Part shown: positions 31,396-39,745 of the stretch, in pieces
How the letters are laid out: each line of letters begins with the position of its first letter
Numbering within the stretch: the first letter of the stretch is position 1
Source: Candidatus Bathyarchaeota archaeon
GTDB taxonomy: Archaea > Thermoproteota > Bathyarchaeia > Bathyarchaeales > Bathycorpusculaceae
NCBI GenBank assembly: GCA_963739305.1
Contig: CAVTZU010000020.1
Coordinates: 32,001-96,000 of the forward strand
Length of the DNA: 64,000 nt
Direction: 5' to 3'
Translations under genes and position numbers: made by a program
The notes under the pieces: generated by a model
What the model was told of the DNA's origin: nothing
Database searches by the model: none
What the model saw: only the letters and a program-made list of their open reading frames with translations

Positions 31396-32338
31396 CGCGC
31401 TCTTCTTGGATGCCGACTCCTTTGCCTCCTTCTCGATTCACAAGATAGAAGAATATGTCGTCCAGCGACACCGGATTGATGGTAAACTTGAACCCGCCCT
31501 TGGAGAGTTCTCTTGAAATTCTGAAGGCCTCTTCTTCCGTCGTGAGTATTCTGATATAGCCATCCCTCCCAGTTACTATCTCGCCCTTCAGAAGCGTGAG
31601 AAAATTAGGCGCTGGTTTTGAGAGCAGCTTCATGCTGTAGTTGTAATTTATGCTTTGTCTCAGTTCCTCGAGGGTTCCGATGCGGATTAGTTTGCCGTGA
31701 TCCAGGATGCCGATCGTATCAGCCAGCTGTTCTGCTTCTTCGAGATAATGTGTAGTAAGAAATGTGAAGCGGTTGTTTCCGATATCTTTGAGAATCTCCC
31801 AGAACTCTCTTCTTGAGATCGGGTCCAGTCCCGTTGTCGGCTCGTCCAAGAAGAGTATTTCGGCTTCTGAAGAGAGGACGGTCGCAACCAAAACCTTTCT
31901 CTTCATTCCTCCTGAGAGCATGCGATTCAAAGTGTTGCGGTATTCGCTGAGTCCGAGCTTTTCAAGCGACTCGTAGGCCCTCTTTTTTGCTTCAGCATAG
32001 TCGAATCCTCGCCAAAGAAGATACGATAGTACCGTTTGCATAGGCGTCATCCATGGTATGGGTCTCGCTTCCTGGGGTACTATGGCGATTTTTTCTCTGA
32101 GCCTACCAGGCTCCTTCACGACATCTATACCGTTTATAGAGGCGCTCCCGGACGTTGGTTCAAGCTCGGTTGCAAGGATACGTACAAGCGTAGTCTTTCC
32201 AGAACCGTTTCGGCCTATCAGCACGAATACGCCACGGGTGGGAATAGAGAAGCTTGAGGAGTCAAGCGCCTTAGTCTTGCTTTTGCCATAGACCTTGGTT
32301 AGATGATCACATACGATTGACTGAGAACTCTCTTCCAT
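31379..32338 (-). CDS. ABC transporter ATP-binding protein
   Basis: GRNGSGKTT, LSGGMKRK, LFLDEPTTGLD and TTHYLEEAE. Confidence 0.93.
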   Translation of the reverse strand: MEESSQSIVCDHLTKVYGKSKTKALDSSSFSIPTRGVFVLIGRNGSGKTTLVRILATELEPTSGSASINGIDVVKEPGRLREKIAIVPQEARPIPWMTPMQTVLSYLLWRGFDYAEAKKRAYESLEKLGLSEYRNTLNRMLSGGMKRKVLVATVLSSEAEILFLDEPTTGLDPISRREFWEILKDIGNNRFTFLTTHYLEEAEQLADTIGILDHGKLIRIGTLEELRQSINYNYSMKLLSKPAPNFLTLLKGEIVTGRDGYIRILTTEEEAFRISRELSKGGFKFTINPVSLDDIFFYLVNREGGKGVGIQEERDAEEE

Positions 32339-32361
32339 TCTTTCGCGCGCGCCAGTCTGCG

Positions 32362-32580
32362 TTAGTTTTGTCTCTTGAGATAGGCGACGGTGAACATTCT
32401 GCCGTCTGCCAGGCGGATATCTTGGATGGCGACCAGTTCCCACCCTTCATCGCCCAGGTCGTTCAATTCATGTTGGACACTGTCCATCACTGGCTTGCTG
32501 CCGACTTGGAAATGGTCTGAATGAATCTGCGTCTTTATCGGGATCACCTTATACTCCCACTTAACCAATTCAAATGCCAC
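32362..32580 (-). CDS. DUF4177-like small protein
   Basis: WEYKV...LN.LG.EGWELV...Y.KR. Confidence 0.8.
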   Translation of the reverse strand: MAFELVKWEYKVIPIKTQIHSDHFQVGSKPVMDSVQHELNDLGDEGWELVAIQDIRLADGRMFTVAYLKRQN

Positions 32581-32711
32581 CCTTAAACACAGACGATATT
32601 CTAGTTAGAGAGTAAAAACATTTGCTCGCAAAACACGATTAGCGCGCGCTCCTCTAACGCTTCTTTCCTATATACGCGGGGTGAAAATCGTGAAAACAAG
32701 ACAAGGTTTTC

Positions 32712-33440
32712 TCAGCTAGAGCCCTTGTTCCCAAACCCATTATGATGCTTTAGCGTTTCCATGTCACGGCGCACTCTCAGCTGTTTAGCCGGCCTGGAGA
32801 CGGGGTACCCTAGACGGATGGCAAAAGCAATCTTCATATATTCAGGAACTCCAAGGATCCGCTTCACCTCTTTTTCCACGGCATCCCCGCTGAACACACT
32901 CAATATCTGAACGCTTATCCCAAGCGACTGGGCCACAAGCCACATGTTCTCCATAACACAGCCCAAGCTAATGAAGCCCAAAACATCCCCCTCGGAAGCA
33001 GGCGCTCTTTTCCTAGAATCATAAATCACTATCAGCAGCAGCGGACTGCCTCTGATGCGTTGGTTCAGGGGCGAAGGCGTGCTCTCACGAACAGCCTTGT
33101 CCAGCCTAGCATGATCCCTCCAATCCGGCGGAAAATTGGTGCCGAGGATTCCGACCTTCTTCTGAAGCAACTCCTCTTCCGAGAATGACAGCTGCTGGTA
33201 GTTCTCACGGATGAACGCTTCCGACACACGCGACTTGATTTTTCCAATCTTCTGCAGAACCTCCTTGTCATCAACGACAAGAATTTCGAAGTTCTGCATG
33301 TTGTGAGCCGTCGGCGCCCAACGCGCCGCCTCCAGGATCTGCTTCAGGTTCTCCTTGGACACCGGACGATTCGGATCAAAAGGAACCCTCATTGACCGTC
33401 TCTGCTCAATGATTTTCAAGACATCAGCCATAACCATCAT
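32712..33440 (-). CDS. Nitroreductase family protein
   Basis: I..RRS.R, ILEAARWAPTAHNMQ, ENMWL.A.SLG and I.LGYP. Confidence 0.9.
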   Translation of the reverse strand: MMVMADVLKIIEQRRSMRVPFDPNRPVSKENLKQILEAARWAPTAHNMQNFEILVVDDKEVLQKIGKIKSRVSEAFIRENYQQLSFSEEELLQKKVGILGTNFPPDWRDHARLDKAVRESTPSPLNQRIRGSPLLLIVIYDSRKRAPASEGDVLGFISLGCVMENMWLVAQSLGISVQILSVFSGDAVEKEVKRILGVPEYMKIAFAIRLGYPVSRPAKQLRVRRDMETLKHHNGFGNKGSS

Positions 33441-33666
33441 CTCCCGACTTAACCACTCGCGCCTGTGATTTTCCTCTAGATGAATTTTCGCATATAAGCC
33501 TACTCACACGGTTTCATAATCTAAGCTGGCGGCCCCACATCAATCGGTTCGCGAAGAAAGCGCCGCAAAATCCTTCTGACGACCGTGCTATAAAAAATTG
33601 TGATTTCAAACAGTTTTGCCGCGCGCTAAAGGCTTTAAGTATGTTCAGCACCAAAAATGGAAGGCA

Positions 33667-34203
33667 GTGGTTTGTTTGAAGGACACGGAACTAAAGCTGA
33701 TTTCTGAGCTGCTGAAAAACAGTCACAGAAGTGACAGAGAACTCTCACGAGCTTTAGGCCTGTCTCAACCGACGGTCTCGAGACTCAGAGAAAAACTTGA
33801 GAAAGAGGGCTACGTCAACGAGTTTACGGTGATACCGAACTTCAAGAAGCTAGGTTATCATATGTTTGTCTTAACTTTCTTCACGTGGAAACCAGGTCTT
33901 GGCAAGGATGAAAAAGAAGAAGCTAGGAGATGGGCGCTTGAACAGTCGTCTTTGGTTGCGCCTAACGTCGTTGTTATTGAAAGGGGCATAGGCTTTGGCT
34001 ACAACTCGTTCATGGCTTCATTCCACAAAGACTATAACTCGTACACGGAATTGATGAATCAAGTGAAGAATAACCCGTACTTGGACAGGGCTAGGCTTGA
34101 CAGTTTCATCGTCGACCTTGACGATGAAGTTCACTATCGATATCTGACGTTTTCGACTCTTGCCAAACACTTGTTGACCTTACAGGAACCGGAGAAAAAG
34201 TAA
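33667..34203 (+). CDS. Lrp/AsnC family transcriptional regulator
   Basis: L..L.KNS.RSDRELS..LG.SQPTVSR...KLE.EG.V..FT.IP...KLG. Confidence 0.88.
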   Translation: MVCLKDTELKLISELLKNSHRSDRELSRALGLSQPTVSRLREKLEKEGYVNEFTVIPNFKKLGYHMFVLTFFTWKPGLGKDEKEEARRWALEQSSLVAPNVVVIERGIGFGYNSFMASFHKDYNSYTELMNQVKNNPYLDRARLDSFIVDLDDEVHYRYLTFSTLAKHLLTLQEPEKK

Positions 34204-34522
34204 TAGATGCTGGAAACAAGGTATTTCTGCGCGCGCTAACAGACACACAATGAACACGCAACCACTTCCCCCTCCCATATATATTGGACGTGAGAAGCGA
34301 GGGATCGATAGCTTTCTACCATGCTTTTGTGAATCGTGTTGACTTAGCGTGTGCACCTCATTAGAACGATCTTCGAATTGCAGCGTCCGCTGGTTATCGA
34401 ACAGTTGCCGCGTGTTTGTGGCGGCAGAATGACTGTTGATAAAGGCGAACGATGCGGGTCATCGTTGCGTGAATAATTTTCTGAAGAAAGTGTGTTTGGG
34501 CGAAAAAAGGCCTGTGTTTGTT

Positions 34523-34816
34523 TTATGGTTCTTCTGGTTTCTTGGTTTCTTTCTCGACTTCGGCTGTTATGTCTTCTATTGGTTTAGGCGGTGGGGTTGT
34601 GGCCATGGTCCAGCCGATCCAGCCTCCTATGCCGAGTATGGCGACGAAGCCTATGAAAACGGGCACGGCGATGATCCAGAATTGTACGTTTGATTGTGTG
34701 ATTTGTGTTCCGAAGACGTTTAGCCACTGTGGGTAGAATAGAGTGACGATGTAGAATAAGCCTACGATGGCGCAGACTAGAAAGATTGTTGCTCCGATGG
34801 TTTGGTCTTTGCTCAA
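34523..34816 (-). CDS. Conserved archaeal-type two-TM protein (DPM2-like pattern)
   Basis: TTG start after a GAGGTGA RBS. SKDQ.IG...WIGWTMATTPPPKPIE. Confidence 0.75.
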   Translation of the reverse strand: MSKDQTIGATIFLVCAIVGLFYIVTLFYPQWLNVFGTQITQSNVQFWIIAVPVFIGFVAILGIGGWIGWTMATTPPPKPIEDITAEVEKETKKPEEP

Positions 34817-35013
34817 GTATGGTTCACCTCCTAAGCTCACGTGATTCATGGAATCCGGTTCATGTTGAAGTTGCTGTCTCGCAGATGGTTAGGCACTGCT
34901 ATCAGATAAAAGTCTTCTTGCGACCAGCAGAATGTCTCTTGATTTTTCATTTACGACTGAGATGATTCTCGTGTGACGCGCGTAGCGCGCGCGGGTGGGT
35001 TATTCTGGCTTTC

Positions 35014-35205
35014 GTGTGTCTTGTAGCTTTTTCTTGGGGGCTGTATATTCTCCTGTACTCAGGATTGGACGAATCAATCAGGTTTGCACTACTGGCTATC
35101 GGAGGAGTCGGAGTGATTTTTCTTATGGGTATGACGGTGCTACTGGTCATTTGGTATCACAACCCGCCCCCACCAAAACGAGGCAGGATTAGCGCGCGCA
35201 AATAA
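35014..35205 (+). CDS. Small two-TM protein, possibly 5'-truncated
   Basis: Two hydrophobic segments. Bracketed by GCGCGC motifs at 34977-34993 and 35190-35199. Confidence 0.4.
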   Translation: MCLVAFSWGLYILLYSGLDESIRFALLAIGGVGVIFLMGMTVLLVIWYHNPPPPKRGRISARK

Positions 35206-35220
35206 CGATATATCAAATAG

Positions 35221-35288
35221 TAGAATATTCCTAGCGATAGAATATTCTTAGAAATGGAATACTCTTAGTCATAGAATATTCTTCGGTA
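35221..35288. repeat. Four tandem 17-bp repeats with palindromic core GAATATTC
   Basis: TAGAATATTCCTAGCGA / TAGAATATTCTTAGAAA / TGGAATACTCTTAGTCA / TAGAATATTCTTCGGTA, directly upstream of a TATAAAAA box near 35298. Confidence 0.85.
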
Positions 35289-35346
35289 GGAAGAATCTAT
35301 AAAAAAGTTCTATAGCATTCTTCTAACGATCGTTCTATTTGATTGG

Positions 35347-35577
35347 GTGAACAGTACGGTTAACTGTCCGCGATGTGGAAAGACCCTGACGAAAGAGAGT
35401 GGCAAGAGTCAGTACTGTTGTGAAAACGAACATTGTCCAGTCTTGTTTGTGCGCTCGCCGGCAAACCCATTCAAGAGAAGAGTGGTTTTCGAGTCCTCCG
35501 TGAGTGGGGCAATAATCAGAAAAATCGAGAAAGCAACTGCTCACGAAATTTCACTTATTCGCTCAACACGCGCGTGA
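35347..35577 (+). CDS. Small zinc-ribbon (CPxCG) protein
   Basis: CPRCG...YCCENEHC, with a TATA box about 45 nt upstream. Confidence 0.7.
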   Translation: MNSTVNCPRCGKTLTKESGKSQYCCENEHCPVLFVRSPANPFKRRVVFESSVSGAIIRKIEKATAHEISLIRSTRA

Positions 35578-35796
35578 TTAGCCCGCCCTATGTGGCGCGC
35601 TCTTCGTCACTGTGCAGATGCTTTACCAATGGATATTTACCTGAAAGATCGGCTGCAATTCTATCGATACCGTCAGTGCTTCCATCTTCTACGATCAATA
35701 CTATGTGCGAGTTGGTGATCTCTTAAAAAAAGCCTGGGCCGTGAGTGAGTAGTCGCACGCTAAGACTCAGTTGGAAACAAAAAAGGGCCTCTATTG

Positions 35797-36063
35797 CTAA
35801 GGAAAGATACGCCAGAGAGCCATCTGCACCCGTGAAAATGCTCTAAAGAACACGGAGCGCTTTTTGTAGAGCACAAACGCAAGGGGTATGACCAACAATA
35901 GGAAGAGAATTCCATACTGTGATAGGAAAACTGAAACCTGATTGATTGGCCCTATTTGCCCTCCTACCGGGTTCGGTGTCGGAGACGGGCTCGGCGACGG
36001 AGATGGTACGCCACTTTCGCTTGGTCCAGCCTTGACGTTCAAACCGTCTACCTTTCTGTTCAA
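35797..36063 (-). CDS. Small protein with PS/PT linker, PVGG...PIN motif and C-terminal membrane anchor
   Basis: PSPSPSPSPTPNPVGGQIGPIN followed by a TM and YKKR. A TTTTATA box lies upstream. Divergent from the radical SAM gene. Confidence 0.6.
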   Translation of the reverse strand: MNRKVDGLNVKAGPSESGVPSPSPSPSPTPNPVGGQIGPINQVSVFLSQYGILFLLLVIPLAFVLYKKRSVFFRAFSRVQMALWRIFP

Positions 36064-36188
36064 GATTTTCCCCGCAAACTACTGCATATTGATCACTATA
36101 AAAAACTTTGCATGATGCGCTATTGCATAAGGTGAGCTTAGACAGCCTTTTTATCGTGAACAATCGACTAGAACTTAGAGTGCTCGGA

Positions 36189-37523
36189 ATGTCGAAGTAT
36201 TCACTCAGTTCTAGCGTTGTTCTCAGATCTGAACCTCAATACTATGACACCTACGCAGCGTTCGACTGCAAGAAAGTTGAAACCGAATTCCTGACCAAAG
36301 ACGAGTACATTATCCTTGAGAACGTCCACAACAAGCCAAAAACTGTGCCTGAGATCTCAGAAGAACTCGAGATAGATAGCAAAACCTGCGAACGATTTCT
36401 GAAGCGTATGACCGAGCAGGGGTATGTCAAGGAAGGCGGCGGTTCTCCTGAGCCAATCCTATTAGAAAGGGAAAAGATCAACCCTGAGCTTTTCAAACAA
36501 TTCGGTCTCCCTTTCCTGTCAGCGCCAACGACCGTCGACGTCTTCATCACGGACCGTTGCAACTTGAAATGCGTTCACTGCTTCGCAAACGGGGATACAA
36601 GAAACAGTACTGAGCTTTCTGTTAACGATATGGAATCGATCTTCAACCAGCTGGAAAGAATGGGGGTTTTCGAAGTCAGAATTACAGGCGGCGAACCCCT
36701 TCTCCATAGTGAAATAGAGAAAGTTATTCTGACCCTGAAACAGAGGAGGTTTCGAAAGGTAATTCTGACGAATGGCACACTGCTTGACGAGACAATAGTC
36801 AAGATGCTCAATGAGTCAGGGATGATTCCAACGATTTCGCTTGACGATTCGAACGCTCAGGGATTCGACCTCTTCAGAGGAGTCAAAGGAGCCTTCAACA
36901 GGACAATCGCTGCCTTAGAGCTTCTGCAAAGAAGCGGAATTGAGTACGGGATAAACTGCTGCTTGCACAGAGGCAACTTGGACAGGTATGAGGAAATCAT
37001 AACCCTCGCTGAGAAACATGGAGCTCGGCGCATAGCATTCTTGCATCTTGAACCTGTGGGGAGGATGAAAAACAACTTGCAGTTCCTTCCATCCTACAAA
37101 GAATACGAGTCGATGGTGCCCGTTCTATCATTGGCAAGATCACATCACAGAAGGATAGATGTTGCCTTAGACGTTTTCCTGCATTGTTATCCTCTGAAAG
37201 AATCAGTCCTCGAAGCCAAAAAGGGGTTCATTTCTTGTCAGGCTGGCAAATCAAAGATGTCGATAGGCAGTGACGGTTTCATATACCCTTGCAACACCGT
37301 CATATCAGACCCGCATTGGCGCATGGGCAACATCGGGAACGAAAAGATCTCGGATATATGGTTCTCAAAAAGATGGGCCTTCTTCAGAGGCGAGGTAATG
37401 ATAAAGAGTCTGCAGAAATGCAGCGAGTGTAGCAAGAGAGCAAAATGTCAGGATTTCTACTGCAGGCTCCTTCCATACGCTACAAGCGGAAACCTTTTCG
37501 GGCCCCATCCCAAATGCGCATGA
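36189..37523 (+). CDS. Radical SAM/SPASM protein with N-terminal winged-helix (RRE/PqqD-like) region
   Basis: CNLKCVHC, ITGGEPLL and LTNGTLL. SPASM pattern CQAG...I.SDG.IYPC...C..C.....C....C. Confidence 0.9.
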   Translation: MSKYSLSSSVVLRSEPQYYDTYAAFDCKKVETEFLTKDEYIILENVHNKPKTVPEISEELEIDSKTCERFLKRMTEQGYVKEGGGSPEPILLEREKINPELFKQFGLPFLSAPTTVDVFITDRCNLKCVHCFANGDTRNSTELSVNDMESIFNQLERMGVFEVRITGGEPLLHSEIEKVILTLKQRRFRKVILTNGTLLDETIVKMLNESGMIPTISLDDSNAQGFDLFRGVKGAFNRTIAALELLQRSGIEYGINCCLHRGNLDRYEEIITLAEKHGARRIAFLHLEPVGRMKNNLQFLPSYKEYESMVPVLSLARSHHRRIDVALDVFLHCYPLKESVLEAKKGFISCQAGKSKMSIGSDGFIYPCNTVISDPHWRMGNIGNEKISDIWFSKRWAFFRGEVMIKSLQKCSECSKRAKCQDFYCRLLPYATSGNLFGPHPKCA

Positions 37524-37608
37524 TTCTTTTCCGGGTCAATCCGCAATTAGGTTCCATGCTAGGCCGGATGATGGAAATTGTACAAATTCCAGATTGACTT
37601 TGATTTGA

Positions 37609-38475
37609 TCAGGGCAAATTGCATACCAGTTCACTCTGGTAGAAGGGGTCTCGGCCAACTTCTCTATTCACTTCCTCAACTGCCACTTTGGGGCTCAATC
37701 CTTCTGAGCACAAGGCTTTCACAAGTCTTAGCGTTGCTTCATCTGAATGCGACAGGTCAACGTATCCATCCCATGAAACGTAAGCTTTGACCCCTCTTTC
37801 AAAGAATCTCTTAATCATGTACGGTGTCGCCGTCCCGTTGCATCCAGTCAGAATTATCGTCGTGCCATTCAAGCCATCAGGCTTGTTGTTTCCCAGAAAC
37901 ACCGCGTTCAAGGCAAAATAGGGAGGCTCACTTTCGTTAAACGTGTATGCTTTTTTCACAGCTCCTGCGAGCTGCTCGTTGACGTACTTGGATTCTGTGT
38001 ACTTTTCCCCGCTGAAAAGGTACAGAAACCCGTCCGTATGTATTGTGCTGTGAAGCCTAAGGATGAGAATTTTGTATCCACCGACGTTTCTCAACAGGTC
38101 AACGGTAACGTTTGCTCCTCTGAAGACATCAACCGTGTACCCCGCGTTTGAGAGGCATTGCACCATGCTTCCAGTCAGCGTAGAGTTGGGTTCCGTGTCA
38201 TACAAGCCGTCCAGTATAGCGGCCCTAGGCACAGTGACATCTGCATGCGGTTGAAACTGCTGCAGTTGAGGCTGCTGAGGTGCATAGGACCAATTCACCC
38301 AGAGAATGCCAGCAGAGAGAAGAAGGAGGCCAAAGCCAACAAGAATTACCACAGTTCTCAAACGTCGATAGTGCGGTCCTTTCTCGGCGATTGCTTTGTT
38401 CCTTTCTTGGGTCAGCTGCGTGAATTGCCTGTTTTTCTTCTTTGCTTGTCTCTTGCTTGCTCTGCTTCGTGTCAA
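37609..38475 (-). CDS. Membrane-anchored protein with possible clan CD (CHAT/gingipain-like) fold
   Basis: N-terminal basic stretch and TM, then ILILRLHS, IILTGC and GVKAYVSW...V. Confidence 0.55.
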   Translation of the reverse strand: MTRSRASKRQAKKKNRQFTQLTQERNKAIAEKGPHYRRLRTVVILVGFGLLLLSAGILWVNWSYAPQQPQLQQFQPHADVTVPRAAILDGLYDTEPNSTLTGSMVQCLSNAGYTVDVFRGANVTVDLLRNVGGYKILILRLHSTIHTDGFLYLFSGEKYTESKYVNEQLAGAVKKAYTFNESEPPYFALNAVFLGNNKPDGLNGTTIILTGCNGTATPYMIKRFFERGVKAYVSWDGYVDLSHSDEATLRLVKALCSEGLSPKVAVEEVNREVGRDPFYQSELVCNLP

Positions 38476-38608
38476 TTAGACCACGCAAGTCAGGCTACTG
38501 TCGTTTACTGGTCTTAAATAAGTTGTCTCGAGCCCGCGCGAAGCTTTCTGCAATGTTCGATAGCACACGCAGGAAAGCATAATAATGTGATCGTCAGAGC
38601 AGAGAATC

Positions 38609-38905
38609 ATGACATCTCAAGAAGCTACGGTAAGAGTTTACGTGCTAGTGGAAATTCAGCCTGGAAAAGAGAAAGAGTTTGCCGAAAATGTCATTTCGAA
38701 AGGATTCATTCAAGACTCAAAAGTGGAGAGGATGGATTTTGTTCATGGATCTTTTGACCTCGTCGTCGTGCTTAACGGAGCGATGAAAGACGTAGATGCG
38801 AGAGTGATGGCGATGAGGAAATCTCCGTTTGTGCGAAGGACGGAAACGCTGATTTCTTTCGAAATGTTCAATTGGGAAGACCTGACGGGTAGACTGAACG
38901 AGTGA
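38609..38905 (+). CDS. Stand-alone Lrp/AsnC ligand-binding (RAM) domain protein
   Basis: VYVLVEIQPGKE, VHGSFDLVV and VRRTETL. Confidence 0.85.
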   Translation: MTSQEATVRVYVLVEIQPGKEKEFAENVISKGFIQDSKVERMDFVHGSFDLVVVLNGAMKDVDARVMAMRKSPFVRRTETLISFEMFNWEDLTGRLNE

Positions 38906-38919
38906 ACCTGAAAGAGTCA

Positions 38920-39151
38920 AGTCACGCGAGCTAGGAATGGAGTTCGTTTTCGCGCGAGCTCTTTGAATGCAGATAGTTGCAGCAAACAATGCCGCCACCG
39001 TCAACAGAGGCAGAATCACATACGACGAATATTCAGGCACAAATTCGTTTCCGAAAGCGTAGATCTTATGATCCATAGAGTCTGCGTAAACACAACCGCC
39101 AGCAACAGCAGGAGAAGATAACACGTGGCTTCCTGTTGTGTAATTCCACAC
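38920..39151 (-). pseudogene. 3' fragment of a PQQ-repeat beta-propeller surface protein with PEF-CTERM-like anchor
   Basis: WNYTTG..V.SSPAVA.G.VY..S.D.KIYAFG followed by VPEY, a TM and basic residues. The 5' part is absent and the fragment begins at a GCGCGCGC motif. Confidence 0.75.
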
Positions 39152-39158
39152 GCGCGCG

Positions 39159-39263
39159 CTAAATGGTTCCTTCTGCCCTAACTGGTTGAATGTTAAATGC
39201 CAAAGTCAACATGCTTGTTAACAATAGAATGAACATAACTGCAGAAAATATTCGCTTCAGCAA
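39159..39263 (-). pseudogene. Orphan signal peptide of the beta-helix gene family (MLKRIFSAVMFILLLTSMLTLAFNIQPVRAEGTI*)
   Basis: Near-identical to the N-termini at 50895 and 55740. Terminated by the TAG of the TAGCGCGCGCG motif. Confidence 0.85.
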
Positions 39264-39372
39264 TCCCCGTTCCCCAACATACATGGGTGCAATCGCTGGA
39301 TATGAATTGTGAAAAAATCTTCTATGACACTTCGATTGGTCTAGAGGTCACGAGTGAAACGCTAGCGCGCGC
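39161..39372 (-). repeat. About 210-bp upstream region + signal-peptide repeat, copy 1 (others at about 50793-51005 and 55651-55811)
   Basis: Direct alignment by eye shows shared CGCTTCAGCAATCCCCG, AATCGCT.GATATGA.TTGTGAA, CACTTCGATTGGTC and CACGAGTGAAACGCTAGC. Confidence 0.9.
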
Positions 39373-39424
39373 ACTGCGAAGGCAACCGCAAGTGTTTTAT
39401 TGTCACTATCATAGAACTCAGTGC

Positions 39425-39745
39425 ATGGGCATCTTTGACAAGCTTAAGAAAGGCTGGGAAATAAAGAAGACTTGGGGAACAAAACCACCTACTCAACCAG
39501 AGTACGAGCCAACGCCTCCGGAAGCACATGGCCGCTACGGTAGGCTTGCTGCATGGATCAAAACAAATTATGGAAGCAGGTTCAGAGAAGGTGCGACAAG
39601 CGTTGAGGTTGAAGCACAGCTTACAAATATTCTCGGAGAGCTGGAGGCAAAAGGGGCATTCAAGAAACACCCTAAGATCGCGAATGGCTTCAGAGCATAC
39701 ATAAGCGAAAGGAAGTATGGTGACCTCGTCAAAGTAAGTGAATGA
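39425..39745 (+). CDS. Hypothetical protein, translationally coupled to the primase-like gene
   Basis: ORF from MGIFDKLKK. Its stop overlaps the next ATG (ATGA). Confidence 0.7.
   Translation: MGIFDKLKKGWEIKKTWGTKPPTQPEYEPTPPEAHGRYGRLAAWIKTNYGSRFREGATSVEVEAQLTNILGELEAKGAFKKHPKIANGFRAYISERKYGDLVKVSE

Noticed and set aside
35221-35288. Mini CRISPR array
   Set aside because: The repeats abut each other with no spacers, and there are no cas genes.
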